Positions 25,674 to 37,415 of a stretch of DNA of 64,000 nt are shown in pieces. Within the stretch, counting starts at the first letter, position 1, and every line of letters begins with the position of its first letter. The DNA is taken from assembly GCA_002269645.1 (NCBI GenBank), contig NIVC01000012.1:1178001-1242000 (forward strand), given 5' to 3'. The notes below the pieces were generated by a model. That model saw only the letters and a program-made list of their open reading frames with translations, was not told the origin of the DNA and made no database searches. This DNA comes from Macrostomum lignano (taxonomy: Eukaryota). A program made the translations under genes and the position numbers.

Positions 25674-26988
25674 CAAGGGGGTAAGCAATAAGTTTCTGGA
25701 TGCACAAAGTTGAGAGGCAGCTGACAAAATCTGACATCATAGGCATCAATTGCATTATACAAGTACAATGTTTGTAATGTTTCAGACACACTGGTCATAT
25801 ATAGGCAATGCAGCACTAAAACCAAGCTAGCATACCCATCTTATCTCTTAAATTCACAATGGAGCTCAATAGAAGTCATTTTAGAGCCATGATTTTAAAA
25901 GTGGTTTGCAATAGCATTGCAAGAAAGTTTTGAGCGACTCCAAAGAGCTTTTGGGGATGAAGCATCATCTAGATCCACCATTTTTGATTGGTTTGGTGAA
26001 TTTTGACGCGACAAGCAGAGGCTAGATGATGAGGAGCATAGCAGCAGGTCTGTTTCCACAATGACTAAGGAGAATATTGCTGCTGTTTGGGCCATTGTTG
26101 AGGATGATGCCTGAGTCACTGTGGCTCAGATAGAGGCAGAGGTAGGCATCTTATCAGGATCTATCAGGACAATCCTGCATTCATATTTCACAGCTCAACC
26201 TGAGCAAGATTTTTGCATGCTAGGTGCTTCATCAGCTGACTATGGAGCAGAAGAAGGCTCAGGTGACCTAGTGCCATAGCATGCTCAACAGATTCAACAG
26301 AGGCAACTCAAACTCAGTCTAGGATATTGTCAGTGGTGACAAGTCCTAGATTTACAGTTTTGACCTATAGACTAAGTAGCAGTTGGCCCAGTAGACCCTA
26401 GTTGGTGGCACCCCACCATCTAAGCTTTGGCAAGAGTGCAGCATGACAAAGCAGATGGTGGCCATTTTTGTAGCAAGAACCAGACATCTAGCCACAATTA
26501 CACTGGTGCAGCAGTGCACAGTCACTGGTGACTAGTATGCCAATGTTTGTCTTCCATAAGTGCTGAGCACTCTCTCCAGGCGTTGCCCAAGGACTCAAGC
26601 TTGGAGCATCCTTCTCCATCATGACAATGTCCTAGCCCACAAGTCTTGGTGGGTGGTTGAATTCCTGGCTAGAGAGCATATTCAAGAGCTTAATCATCCA
26701 TCCTACAGCCCCAACTTGGCCCTCTGCAACTTTTTTGTGTTTCCACAAATCAAGTGCAAGGCAAGATGCGTGGATTCCACTGATGGATCATCAGAAGCTG
26801 CAGTGGAGACCTTCATTCAGCATGTGGAGGAGGTGCCTGCTTTAGATTAGTCCAGCTGCTTCAGCAAATGGTTTGAGTGGATAAAAATTTGCATCAAAAC
26901 TGCTAGAGAATACTTTAAAAAGATGTGAGTTTTTTCTCTTCAACTATTTTTGTCTGGGCATATCCAGAAACTTATTGCTTACCCCTTG
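25674..26988 (+). mobile_element. Full-length but decayed mariner (Tc1/mariner) transposon, 1315 bp
   Basis: ~28-bp TIRs caagggg(g)taagcaataagtttctggat, TA TSD at 25672-73 and 26989-90. Transposase remnants: *VLHQLT (WVPHxL), DIVSGDKS* (GDETW), LLHHDNVLAH, HPSYSPNLALCNFFVFPQIK. Many stops and frameshifts. Confidence 0.93.
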
Positions 26989-29900
26989 TAGGCCTTTTTA
27001 TATTTGCATTGATAAACTCAACCTCCATGAAGAATTTCTTGATTGCAGCAAACAGGGGTATGCACAGATAGCATCTTGTGTGCATGTGAAATTTTTTCTT
27101 CTGTACAATGTATGGCTACCACTGCCTGCCTCTGATAAAATTTAGCTTGGGCAGCTATGCACCTAATAGGGCATCTATGCATTTTTGAGATTTGCTACAA
27201 TAGGATTTTTGAGATTCCCCACCTTTAAACTTTTATCTTTAAACTTTCCCTATGCCATAGTGGTTGCTCATTGACTTTTTTGGTTGGGTCAACCCATATA
27301 TGCCCAGCTACAAAATTTCACCTTGCTATGCAACTTACTTTTAGACCAAAAATGCAACTTACCTATATGAAAAATCCCTAAAGCAAAATTAATGTAATTT
27401 TGGGTTAAACAAAAGAAGTCATTATAACTATATTATTAAGTCTAAATGCTTTGTCTTCAAATTAGTATAATTTATCTGTATTTTTTAGGTTAGCATTTTT
27501 GCAACTTAGGTTGGCTAGACCTCTTGCCACCTAGCCAAATTGGCCAGGTCAGCTAGGTGTTAAGCATGTATGGGTCAATCTCTTCCTTAGTCTAGAATTT
27601 ATCAGTAATCTTGAATAGGTTTCTATGCCTCTATTCAAGTATTTGTCACTAAAATCAACCTCCATAAAGAATTGTCCCACCCTAAAACCCCCCATTCCCT
27701 AGTATGATCTAGTGGTTGGTTTTCACTTTTAAATTATATATAGTTAGGTTGAAGCTATCAAAAAATGAAGCTCAAGTTTGAAATCAACACTAGGCCTATC
27801 AAAAACCTTTATAGAAACAAAATTAGGATCATATCAAAACTGCAAAAAATTAACAAGATAAACTTGAAGAATTTCAACAAAATTAAAAAGCTATAGAAAA
27901 AAAATATTATCTTTTGCTAGGTAGGCCTAGGCCTATAATCTGCTAAGTATAGTATAGAAGAGGGATAGTGGGGCCTAGTAAGTTGGACAATAAGTTTGAG
28001 TGAGCTTAGGCTATGTCTACTATTAAAGAAATGAAATAAGGCCTATACAATGCATAAAGCTTCTATATATTTTTTGTATGCCTACAGGCCTATATTTATT
28101 TATATATATGAAAAATAAACTAGTCCTAGCTAATATATAATATACAATGTAATGACAAGTGATTTGTTTTAAGTACTAGATAATATAGGCCTAGTCACAA
28201 CATGCCAACAGTCAACAGAATATGCTAATAGAATGTTTACTATGTAATTAATCAAAATGACCAATATTGCTATTTTTAGTCCCTATATAAAATTTTGCTT
28301 TGCTTATATTTTTTCTTTTTGACCCCTTTTCTACAGCCAAGGTCCAAACTGCACAAGACATCCCTTTTTCTTGCACTAGTCACTGACTTACTAGAGAGCA
28401 CTGGCATGCTGCTAGCTAGGCCTAGTCCATGCCTATACATCAAACTATGCCTATATTGCCAAGGACCAATCTATACTGGATGCTATCTACAATAATGGCC
28501 ACTGGCTATAGCCTATAATAGGATTTGACCTAAATATTACTGGAATATTGAAGCTGAAAGTTATTTAGATATTTAAAGGTCAAAACAAAAACATCAATAA
28601 ATAAAAATTTGCTAGGCTAGGCCCTAACTAAAGGCAAAGCTTTTTGCTTGCCTGGGAAAGGGTGATATGAATATGTTAGACTAGGCCTTAGCATTATTGT
28701 ACATTTCAATGGCTTCCCTCCCAAAAATTGCCATTTATTGTCACAATGGCAAAAAATAAAAGTCCTTTATTGTTGTAATCCCAAAAAGTTTGGTGCATTC
28801 TGGCGTGCACTCAGCATGATCTAGATTATTCCCCCCAATGGAAAATCCTGGGTACGCCACTGGTGTCATTTAAAAAAGATAAAAAATTTAATAGTTATTA
28901 GGAACTCAAGGAAGTAAGTAGGGATTTCAGGGCTAGGGGTTTCTAAGATTCTTGGGGTTTAGGGGCCTATTCCAGTTAAAAAGGCCCATTACGCATTAAC
29001 TAACAACTGTAAAGAAAACTAGGCCTAGGCCTAATGTAAAAATTAGCAAATGAAATAATCATACACGTGAAACTTTCTCATTTTTTCGTAAAACAAAAAT
29101 TGACATTACTTGAAGTTTGTAATCAGACTAAGTTGTGAAAAAAAACTGCTTTTTGAAAAGTACAAAGTTTTAACAGCGGCAGCGCCGGCGCGCGGTTCAA
29201 GAGAAAGTACACTACGATCCAATTCAAATTCGACTTAAATTCAAATTAAGGCATTAACTATGTGATTAAACAAATATAAACAAACCTGTTGATATTAGTA
29301 TTACAAAGTAACCAATACAATTTTATTTAACTTTGGTTAACAAACACCTGTAATGCGTACACATTTAAACATTTAAATAAGGTTTGCATTCGACATTAAA
29401 TATACTGTGTCAACTGGCGACAAGAAATCCATTTAAAAATTATCCTGGGTCAACAAATTTTTTGTCGACAGTAAAAATACTTTCGTTCGTATCATCCGGT
29501 GCGTAGGGCTTAACTTACGTGCACATAGGGCCCTATCAAGCAAATATTTTGCTCAATTGAGAGTAGAGAAGTGTGTAGTGCTGTTTATTAACCTCTGAAA
29601 TGTAAGACATTCGGACTCAGATGGCTAAGGCTGTTAGGTGCACCTTTCATGCATAATGCATGAGCAACCATTCATCATAGTGTAATGAACCATGAAGGTA
29701 CACTACGAATGTCTTGAAGAGCTCCAGGGAAGAAATTATTGTAACTATTAGGACAATCTATCATGTCTAGTACACTCTAATTTTCGTAAAGTATTTCATT
29801 TTCAACATCATGCGCGGCCGCTTTTATGCTAAAATCAGACTTTATTTAAAAAAATCGTTTAGTCCTTTTCCTTGTAGGATTAAGATTAAATAATTAGGAA

Positions 29901-30586
29901 TATTTATAGAAGCCAATTATTTTTTATACATTTTTTACTTTTTAAATACTGCCGAGTTATTCATTTTCATGCATTTAACTACTAACAGTAGGTCAAATGA
30001 ATGTGTCCGATATATCAAATGTATGTAGATTAATGTCGAAATGGAAGGGATATTTTAGCATTCACTCATGCACTCATTCTTTTAATTTATTTATTGTTGT
30101 CAGGTATAATAAGATCTAAAGACGATTTTTATTGTCTCGAACGCGGCAGTAATCCCTTCCCTGAATATGCAGGGCAACAATCAAGCTGAAAACTGTTGTG
30201 CTTAAACCTAGAAGACTACGTACATGTATCAAGTCTATAAAATGTTATAAGCGCATGGAGCGCACCACTAACAGTCAGTGAGCGTCCCACGGGGGGGGGC
30301 AAAAAGGGGGAATGTCCCCCCCGGTAAAACTATGCCCAGTGGGGAGATTGCCAAATGCTCTGCCCCCCCCCCCCCCCCACGCTCGACGACTTGCATTGCG
30401 ACCCCGTTATGGACATCAATATAATTTTGCTTCAGAGCGCCAAAGTTATAACGCCAGCGGCGCCAAAATAAGTGCTAACAACACCGATTCCCAAAATAAT
30501 GTAGGAATTTATGTAGAATTACGCATGGCTTTTGTTCCCTCTTTGCAATAAAATAAATGGCGACACCCCTGTCAGCAGTAAAACTA

Positions 30587-30711
<125 letters not shown>

Positions 30712-31309
30712 TTTGATAAAAGTGAGTACGAGCTATATTGGATCAGCTGTGTCTGCCCTAAGCTCAGAAAACCATCGATATCGTTGAATCTTTTGTAAAA
30801 AACTATTTCACTAGCTTTCACAGCTATTTGAAAATGCAATTATACTCCTAAATGTAGTTCTTTTTCTCATGCAAAACTTGAAACATACGACAACTCATGC
30901 CATGCAGTACGGTACAGTAAATGCAGATACATTATTTCCTAGAGGCCTAATGCCTAGTTGCTATAATAGTATGTAGCTACACAGCATATACGATTAGATA
31001 AAATACAAGATCGAGTTTACATGTAATTTGATATACTTTCTTGTTGAATAATATTATATAGATATAGTGTATCACTTTATTTGGTCTAATTTCCTACATG
31101 TAGCCATAAGCCTAATTTTCTGTTTAATCAGATGGCGATTGTATTTTCAAACGCAGCATCTCATGGCTTAACCGGTTTAAAAAAACTAGGTCAAACAAAC
31201 TGTAATAGTCCTATAATTTTTTTCGTTTTGAAATAAGAAAAATTCTTCCAGCTTAACTGTCAAATGGCATAAATGCATACATGTACATGCAGTGTAAATT
31301 ATATCAGAT

Positions 31310-31990
31310 AGACACCCATTTCGGAAGGCCCATTCAGACACCAATTTGGACACATTTCAGACACCTATTAGACACCCATTTGGACACCGATTTGGACACC
31401 CATTTGGACACCCATTTGGACACCCATTTGGACACCCATTTGGACACCTATTTGGACACTAATTTGGACACCATTTGGACACCCATTTGGAAACTAATTT
31501 GGACACATTTCAGACACATATTAGACACCCATTTGGACACATTTAAGACACATATTAGACACCCATTTCGGAAGGCCCATTTAGACACCAATTTGGACAC
31601 ATTTCAGAAACATATTAAACACCCATTTGGACACCCATTTGGACACCCATTTGGGCACCCATTTGGACACCCATTTGGACACCCATTTGAAAACCCATTT
31701 GTAAACCCATTTGTAAACCCATTTGTAAACCCATTTGTAAACCCATTTGGACACCCATTTGGACACAATTCAGACACAATTTAGACGCACATTTGGACCA
31801 CCCATTTGGACACCATTTGGACACCCATTTATAAACCCATTTGGACACAATTCAGACACAATTTAGACGCACATTTGGACCACCCATTTGGACACCATTT
31901 AGACACCCATTTATAAACCCATTCGGACACAATTCAAACATAATTTAGACACACATTTGGACACCAATTTGGACACCCATTTGGACAGCC
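31310..31990. repeat. Degenerate 12-bp minisatellite (ggacacccattt)
   Basis: Tandem 12-mers with variant blocks (gtaaacccattt, ggacacaattca). Confidence 0.92.
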
Positions 31991-33089
31991 CATTTAAGCA
32001 CCGGTTTATCCGTTTTTGACTCGATTTGAATTGGAAACTACCTGTATTTGGATTAGAATGTACGATTTGAACTTTAATGTTCTGTGACTTCATTGATAGA
32101 GGAAATTGTGTACTATACCAGTAAAATGTCTGGGCCTAACAAATGAATCCAATGGCTAATGATAAGAATGTTGCGCCCTTGCAGATACGTTAGCCGTACG
32201 TATACCCGGTAGGCAATGAACTCTGCTGCCTGAGGTCTGGCTTGACTTGACTTTGTTGCAGGGGGCATCGACCGGCGGATGCAGCGAGGCGGAGGAGACC
32301 GCCTATTCCGCTAGCCCCTATCGAACAGCTTGAGGTCACTATAATCTATATCAGTTGGCGCCAATACTCTGAAATGTGCAAACGCACTAAAATCAACTTT
32401 GCGGTCACTGGAATTCCAAACAGAATTGTCACCTGTCAGTCATGCAAGAATTCTTCGCTGTATTTTATAAATCACTCAGTCAAGAGTATAAATTAGAGCG
32501 ACATTTACAACCGAATGCACGGTGCAGTGTAGTAACCCGCAGGTAAACGCAAAGTACTATAGCTAATTTAATACAGCCAAGTCAGTCCCTGACATTTTCT
32601 GTGATATATATGTAGCTATAAGCCCAACTTTCCAGCAACTTGCAAGCCCCAATAGTGAATTTCACTCGGCACTGGTTAGAAGTGGTTGGCTCTGGTGCAA
32701 TAACCGTTTTTTTCAAATAAAAAGCCTTCAAAAACCTGTGGCTTCTCGTCATAGAAGCGTTTCAAAAGGAAGTTTAATATCGACCCGGACACTTCAAGGT
32801 ATGACTGGTGAGCGAGAAACCGTTTTTGACAAGGAGACTGAAAAATGTAAGAACCACACGAAATTCACTTTGTTGGGATGCATGATGGACTGATGGATTG
32901 TTTTTAACTGTACTGGCTCGTAGTATTCATGTGGCTATAGTAAGTGCAGTGTCTCAGCTAATGCTAAGTTAAAAAACAGCCATCAAAATTCGAAAACTTT
33001 TTAGAATTAGGTAGGTTGGGCCATAGACAACACTAGAAAAAACATGACTAAACTCCTACATGTCGATTATTTTGAGAATCGGTGTTGTC

Positions 33090-33305
33090 AGCGCTCATTT
33101 GGCGCCTCAGGTATTCCTTTTAGCGCCGCGGGCACTCATTTTGGCGCCGAAGGCACTGTATTTTAGCACCTTGAAGAAAAATTATTGATTACTATCCTAT
33201 CAATGGGTCACAAGGTGGGGTGGGGGACAAAACATTGGCATGCCCCCATAGCTTTTACTGGGGGGGACATGTCCCCCCTGTCCCCCCCCCAGTGGCGACG
33301 CGCCT
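33090..33305. repeat. Copy 2 of the dispersed element also at 21445-21630
   Basis: Same subrepeats and terminal gtggcgacgcgcctg. Confidence 0.6.
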
Positions 33306-33516
33306 GGCTTACTGAAGATTCTTTGTTGTCTAGGATAAAAATGATGCACGGAAAGTCTCTAGAGCTCTTTATTCACCGGCAATGTGAAATGTGTACAAAA
33401 AATGTACATAAGTGAAATGTACATGTAGAATCATAAAAAATTCTATCTCTTTATGACGCATCAGGTGTGTTCGTCCCAATAAAGATCTACTACATAGATC
33501 CTCATTTGTCCGATTA

Positions 33517-33769
33517 TAATCCCACTATTTTGTGCCTCACATGCTGCTCTAACGACGCATTAATCGCTTTTCATGTTAAATTGGTCTCGTCATTATTTTA
33601 AACGTTTTTTCAAGTGTAGCGTCCTATATATGTTACTTAAGTAGTCCTTGATTGGCCGCCGGTCTCGTCCTTATTTTAAACGTTTTTTTCAAGTGACAGA
33701 CCAATTTAACATGAAAAATCGATTAATGTGTCGTTAGAGCAGCACGTGAGGCACAAAATAGTGGGATTA
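33517..33769. mobile_element. MITE-like inverted repeat (~75-bp arms) with an internal direct duplication
   Basis: taatcccactattttgtgcctcac.tgctgctctaacgac...catgttaaattggtct mirrored at 33697-33769; ggtctcgtc.ttattttaaacgttttt occurs twice inside. Confidence 0.75.
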
Positions 33770-34070
33770 GAACTTTCTCTGACACTGTTAAGAGACCCAA
33801 TCACTGTTTTAGTGTTGAAAATCATGAAATTTCCTATCTCCGTAGTGTATTTTTTCGGTGAAACCTGCCTTTAAAATTATTTCTGAACAAAAAGCTTTAT
33901 GAATATCGATAGAGCAATAAGAAAGGCACAACATATGAAAGGATGAACACTGGATCTGTCTCCTGTCAAAAGTAATAACAATTTTTGTGCTGAAAAAAGT
34001 AAAACCTCCTATTTCTGTAGTGTATTTTTTCGGCGAAAAGTTGCCTTCAAAACGTTTACCATAGATTTCG

Positions 34071-34392
34071 ACTGCAGCGTCCTAGGCAGATTTTGCCTGC
34101 ATTGCCCCCCCCCTCCCCAATGCTTATAGTACCGCGTACAGTAGGTTTTAAAAAGAGATCTGGGGGACAAAGTGACATAAATGCATTAATTAATAGTTTA
34201 CTCACCAATGCAGTACCCCTGCATGTTTAGTTAACTGAATACGAGCGTACCAAGAAAAAATTGAATTTGATATGCATTTACTATCAAAACGTTTTGATCG
34301 GGTAAATCTCCTTATTAACTACTACTCTTTATTAACTCATCCTTATTTACTAAGCATTGGGGAGGCAATGCAGACAAAATCTTCGCTGCAGT
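34071..34392. repeat. Short inverted-repeat element (~45-bp arms)
   Basis: ctgcagcg...agattttgcctgcattgcc...ccccaatgctta versus taagcattggggaggcaatgcagacaaaatcttcgctgcag. No TSD seen. Confidence 0.55.
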
Positions 34393-34753
34393 GCGCTAAA
34401 ATGCGCTGCAGTAAAAAAAGCATTGCGGGCAAACCTCGGCGGGCCTTTGTCAACATTGTCAACACTCAACAATTCCTAGAATGAGGAACAAAATGTCCTG
34501 TACATGTACAAATGTACCGTGTGTAGAAGTGTATAAACGATTTCATAGTCTAATATAGTAGTCTCTTTCCCGCTTCAATTCGTATCTCAAAGACTCATTG
34601 ATTCGAAACTGAATGAACTGAATGAAAACAAAAATTGTACATATCTACGGTCGATTGTTTTATTTTTTTCCACGCACTATTTACTTTGTGAGTCGAGTAC
34701 TCAGCAATTCAATTTAGTTCCCATTATCCCATTTACCAATCCATTGATTTGCA

Positions 34754-37343
34754 ATGCAAACAGTCAAATATATAGCGCTTAGTAAACACAGTTAGGATAT
34801 TTGCACGGGTCTATAGGCACTTCATCCTTAATCGGACTACGAGTTTTCTTTGACTAGAAAAAAGCAAAACTGGAAGACATTTCCGATTTAAAACATTTTT
34901 CGACCAGGTTCCCTGGAAGAAAGGTACGCTTCAGAAAAATTGTCAGCTTTCGTAGTCGAAGAAGCTGCAGACGTCGACGCGGCCTTAGAGCGCTCCGGAT
35001 GCCGCAGTTTGCGCCTACTCGCCTCACTCGCTTGCGTCGCCGCCTGCATTGGCAACTCGATCAGCATCGTCTGCGCCTCTCTGGCTATGCCGGCGGCCGA
35101 ATGCGACCTCCAGCTCAACTCCGTACAGCTCGGTCTGGTCAATGGCGCCGGATTTGTCGGAATGCTGCTGGGCTCGCTACTGGTTGGCGCTGTGAGCGAC
35201 ACCGCCTCGATTGGTCGTCGAGGCTCCCTGACAGCCACGTTGAGTATCGGCGCAGTGGCCATCCTGGCCTCGGCTTGCGCGCCCAATTTCCTAGCGATAA
35301 TGCTGCTCCGCTGCCTGGTTGGAGTTGGCACCGGCGGCTCATTCCCGGTGACGCTGTCCTACTTTGCCGAGTGGCAGCCGCGTCGTACGCGCGGCTCGGC
35401 CGTGTCCGCTCTGAGCAGCTGCTGGATGCTTGGCGGCATGTTAGCTTCGGCTGGAGCTTGGGTCTTGCTGCCGAGGCCGCTCGATTGGCGACTCTTCCAG
35501 CTTGGAAGTCTGAGTTTTGGCGCCTGGCGTCTGTACATGGCGCTCTGCGCGCTGCCATTCGTTTTAGCTGCTCTGGCATTCGGCCTCTGCCTGCCAGACA
35601 GTCCGAGCTGTCTTGTGAAGGTGAAGAATGCTTTTTGATCATTTTGAAAATATATATACTCGTCATCACAACATCGTCATGCCACCACATCGATTCGGTA
35701 GAGGAAAAGTTCAGAATAAGTTTTCCCAATATACTTAAATGAAGTATATTTGAAGTTGTCCCAGGGGACATTCTAACGCATATTCGATGCCGTCAAAATG
35801 AAGTTCACAGAGCATCCCATTGTGCCCCAATGCACTCTCTGAGCATACCATAGAGCCTCATAGCTTCCAAGGCCCCGAAAGTGTCTTTTGGCAACCAAAA
35901 GGCGTTAATTGATTAATATTTCAATATTTCATTTGCAGAGTAGCGGCAGGACTGAGCCCACTATATATTTGCTAAGTAAGGCGGTTGACAATAGCCTGAA
36001 GCGCAACGGTGTCGCAATTGATGAACAGGCAAGTGGAAATCTGAGCATCATAGCTTTTTATTTACCTTGCTAATCTATCCTAAGTGCTGAATTTTTCCCT
36101 AGTGTAAATCCACGTTAAACGTTGATTATTTTTGTTTCAGCACCTGGAAGTTAAGAAACAGTCAGAATTAGTGACTCAATGTGAGGCCATTCGATCAGCT
36201 TCATCCTTCGCGGCTCGCATCTCGACTCTGTTCAACGATCTGCTCAATCGTCGTCACAGACGAAGCGTCCTTCTTCTAGCGGCAATCAACAGCGCCATGG
36301 CATTCAGTTTTTACGGCCTGCTGCTGTGGTTTCCAATGCTTTTCAAACGGGCCCACCAGTTCTCAGGCGAGGACGTTGATGAGAGCGGCGTTGCATCGGT
36401 GTGCGCATTGCCCACGCCTGACAACCAAACTCTGTTCGAAGGATTCGACGGGAATCGTTCCTCCGCGTGGTCAGGTAGCTTGATTTTAAAATAAAGCCCA
36501 TGGCTTAGCTCGTGGTAGGGCCACTTCCCTATCTAGCACGTAACAAGCAAAATTTCTATTTAGTCCCGAGCTTCTGTCTACCTGTAAGAGTGTATAGAAA
36601 AAACCGACGACAAATTTGACCTTTCACTGCGGGATTCCCAGTTGCGGAGTGTCCTGTAGCAAGAATTCAGTCAGCCTTTCGACAAAAAATGCACCAAAAA
36701 ACTTTTTCAGATGGCAATAAGAATCAGTGAACTAATTAACTCATTTTAAATTTTTGAATCAACCGTCTCACACATCGCAGCATGCGAACCGGCTATGCTG
36801 ACAGCTACGAAGCCCTACATGGAGGCCTTCCTTGTGAACACGTTGAACCTACCGGGTAACCTAGCCTCACTATTACTGATTAATCGCGTTGGCAGGCGCC
36901 GCCTCCTGTCAGTCAGTCTGGCCCTCATGGCCGCCACCACCGGTCTCATAGCCGGTGTTTGGTCGCACACGCAAGCCTTGGCGTTCTCGTGCGCATTCGC
37001 TGCCGTATCGGCCGTAGCCTGGAACTCCTACAATGTGATTTCAGTGGAACTGCTGCCGACTCAAGTGCAGACTAGCGCCATCGGATTCTGTTATGCACTG
37101 TGCAGAGTTTTCTCCCTACTCGGCTCCGTGACTTTTGGCGCTCTGGTCGACGCGGGCTGTTTGGCTCCGATGTCGCTGTCCGGAGGCGTGCTGGCGGTTG
37201 GTGCTCTGCTCGCGTGTGCTCTGCCAGCAACGAGGATGAGCAGTTTTACACCGACTGACCCGGCTTCCATTGCTGCTTCACCTCAGTCGGAACAGTTGCC
37301 TGAAAAAGTGACGCTCGAAGTTGTTTCTGCCAATACAGTGTAG
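34754..37343 (+). CDS. SV2: Synaptic vesicle glycoprotein 2 (SV2)-like MFS transporter (~575 aa)
   Basis: Exons 34754-34781 (tentative), 34908-35620, 35939-36028, 36141-36474, 36781-37343 are phase-consistent (1728 nt). MFS motifs: AECDLQL, GxxSD..GRR, GVGTGGSFPV..YFAE, WRL, SFYGLLLWFP, luminal loop with Cys, NLPGNL..LLINRVGRR, ELLPTQVQTSAIG. Confidence 0.88.
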
Positions 37344-37365
37344 TGATGGCAAATCTCTCAGAACA

Positions 37366-37369
<4 letters not shown>

Positions 37370-37412
<43 letters not shown>
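37370..37412. repeat. (GT)n microsatellite (another at ~56604-56643)
   Basis: Dinucleotide run. Confidence 0.95.
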
Positions 37413-37415
<3 letters not shown>

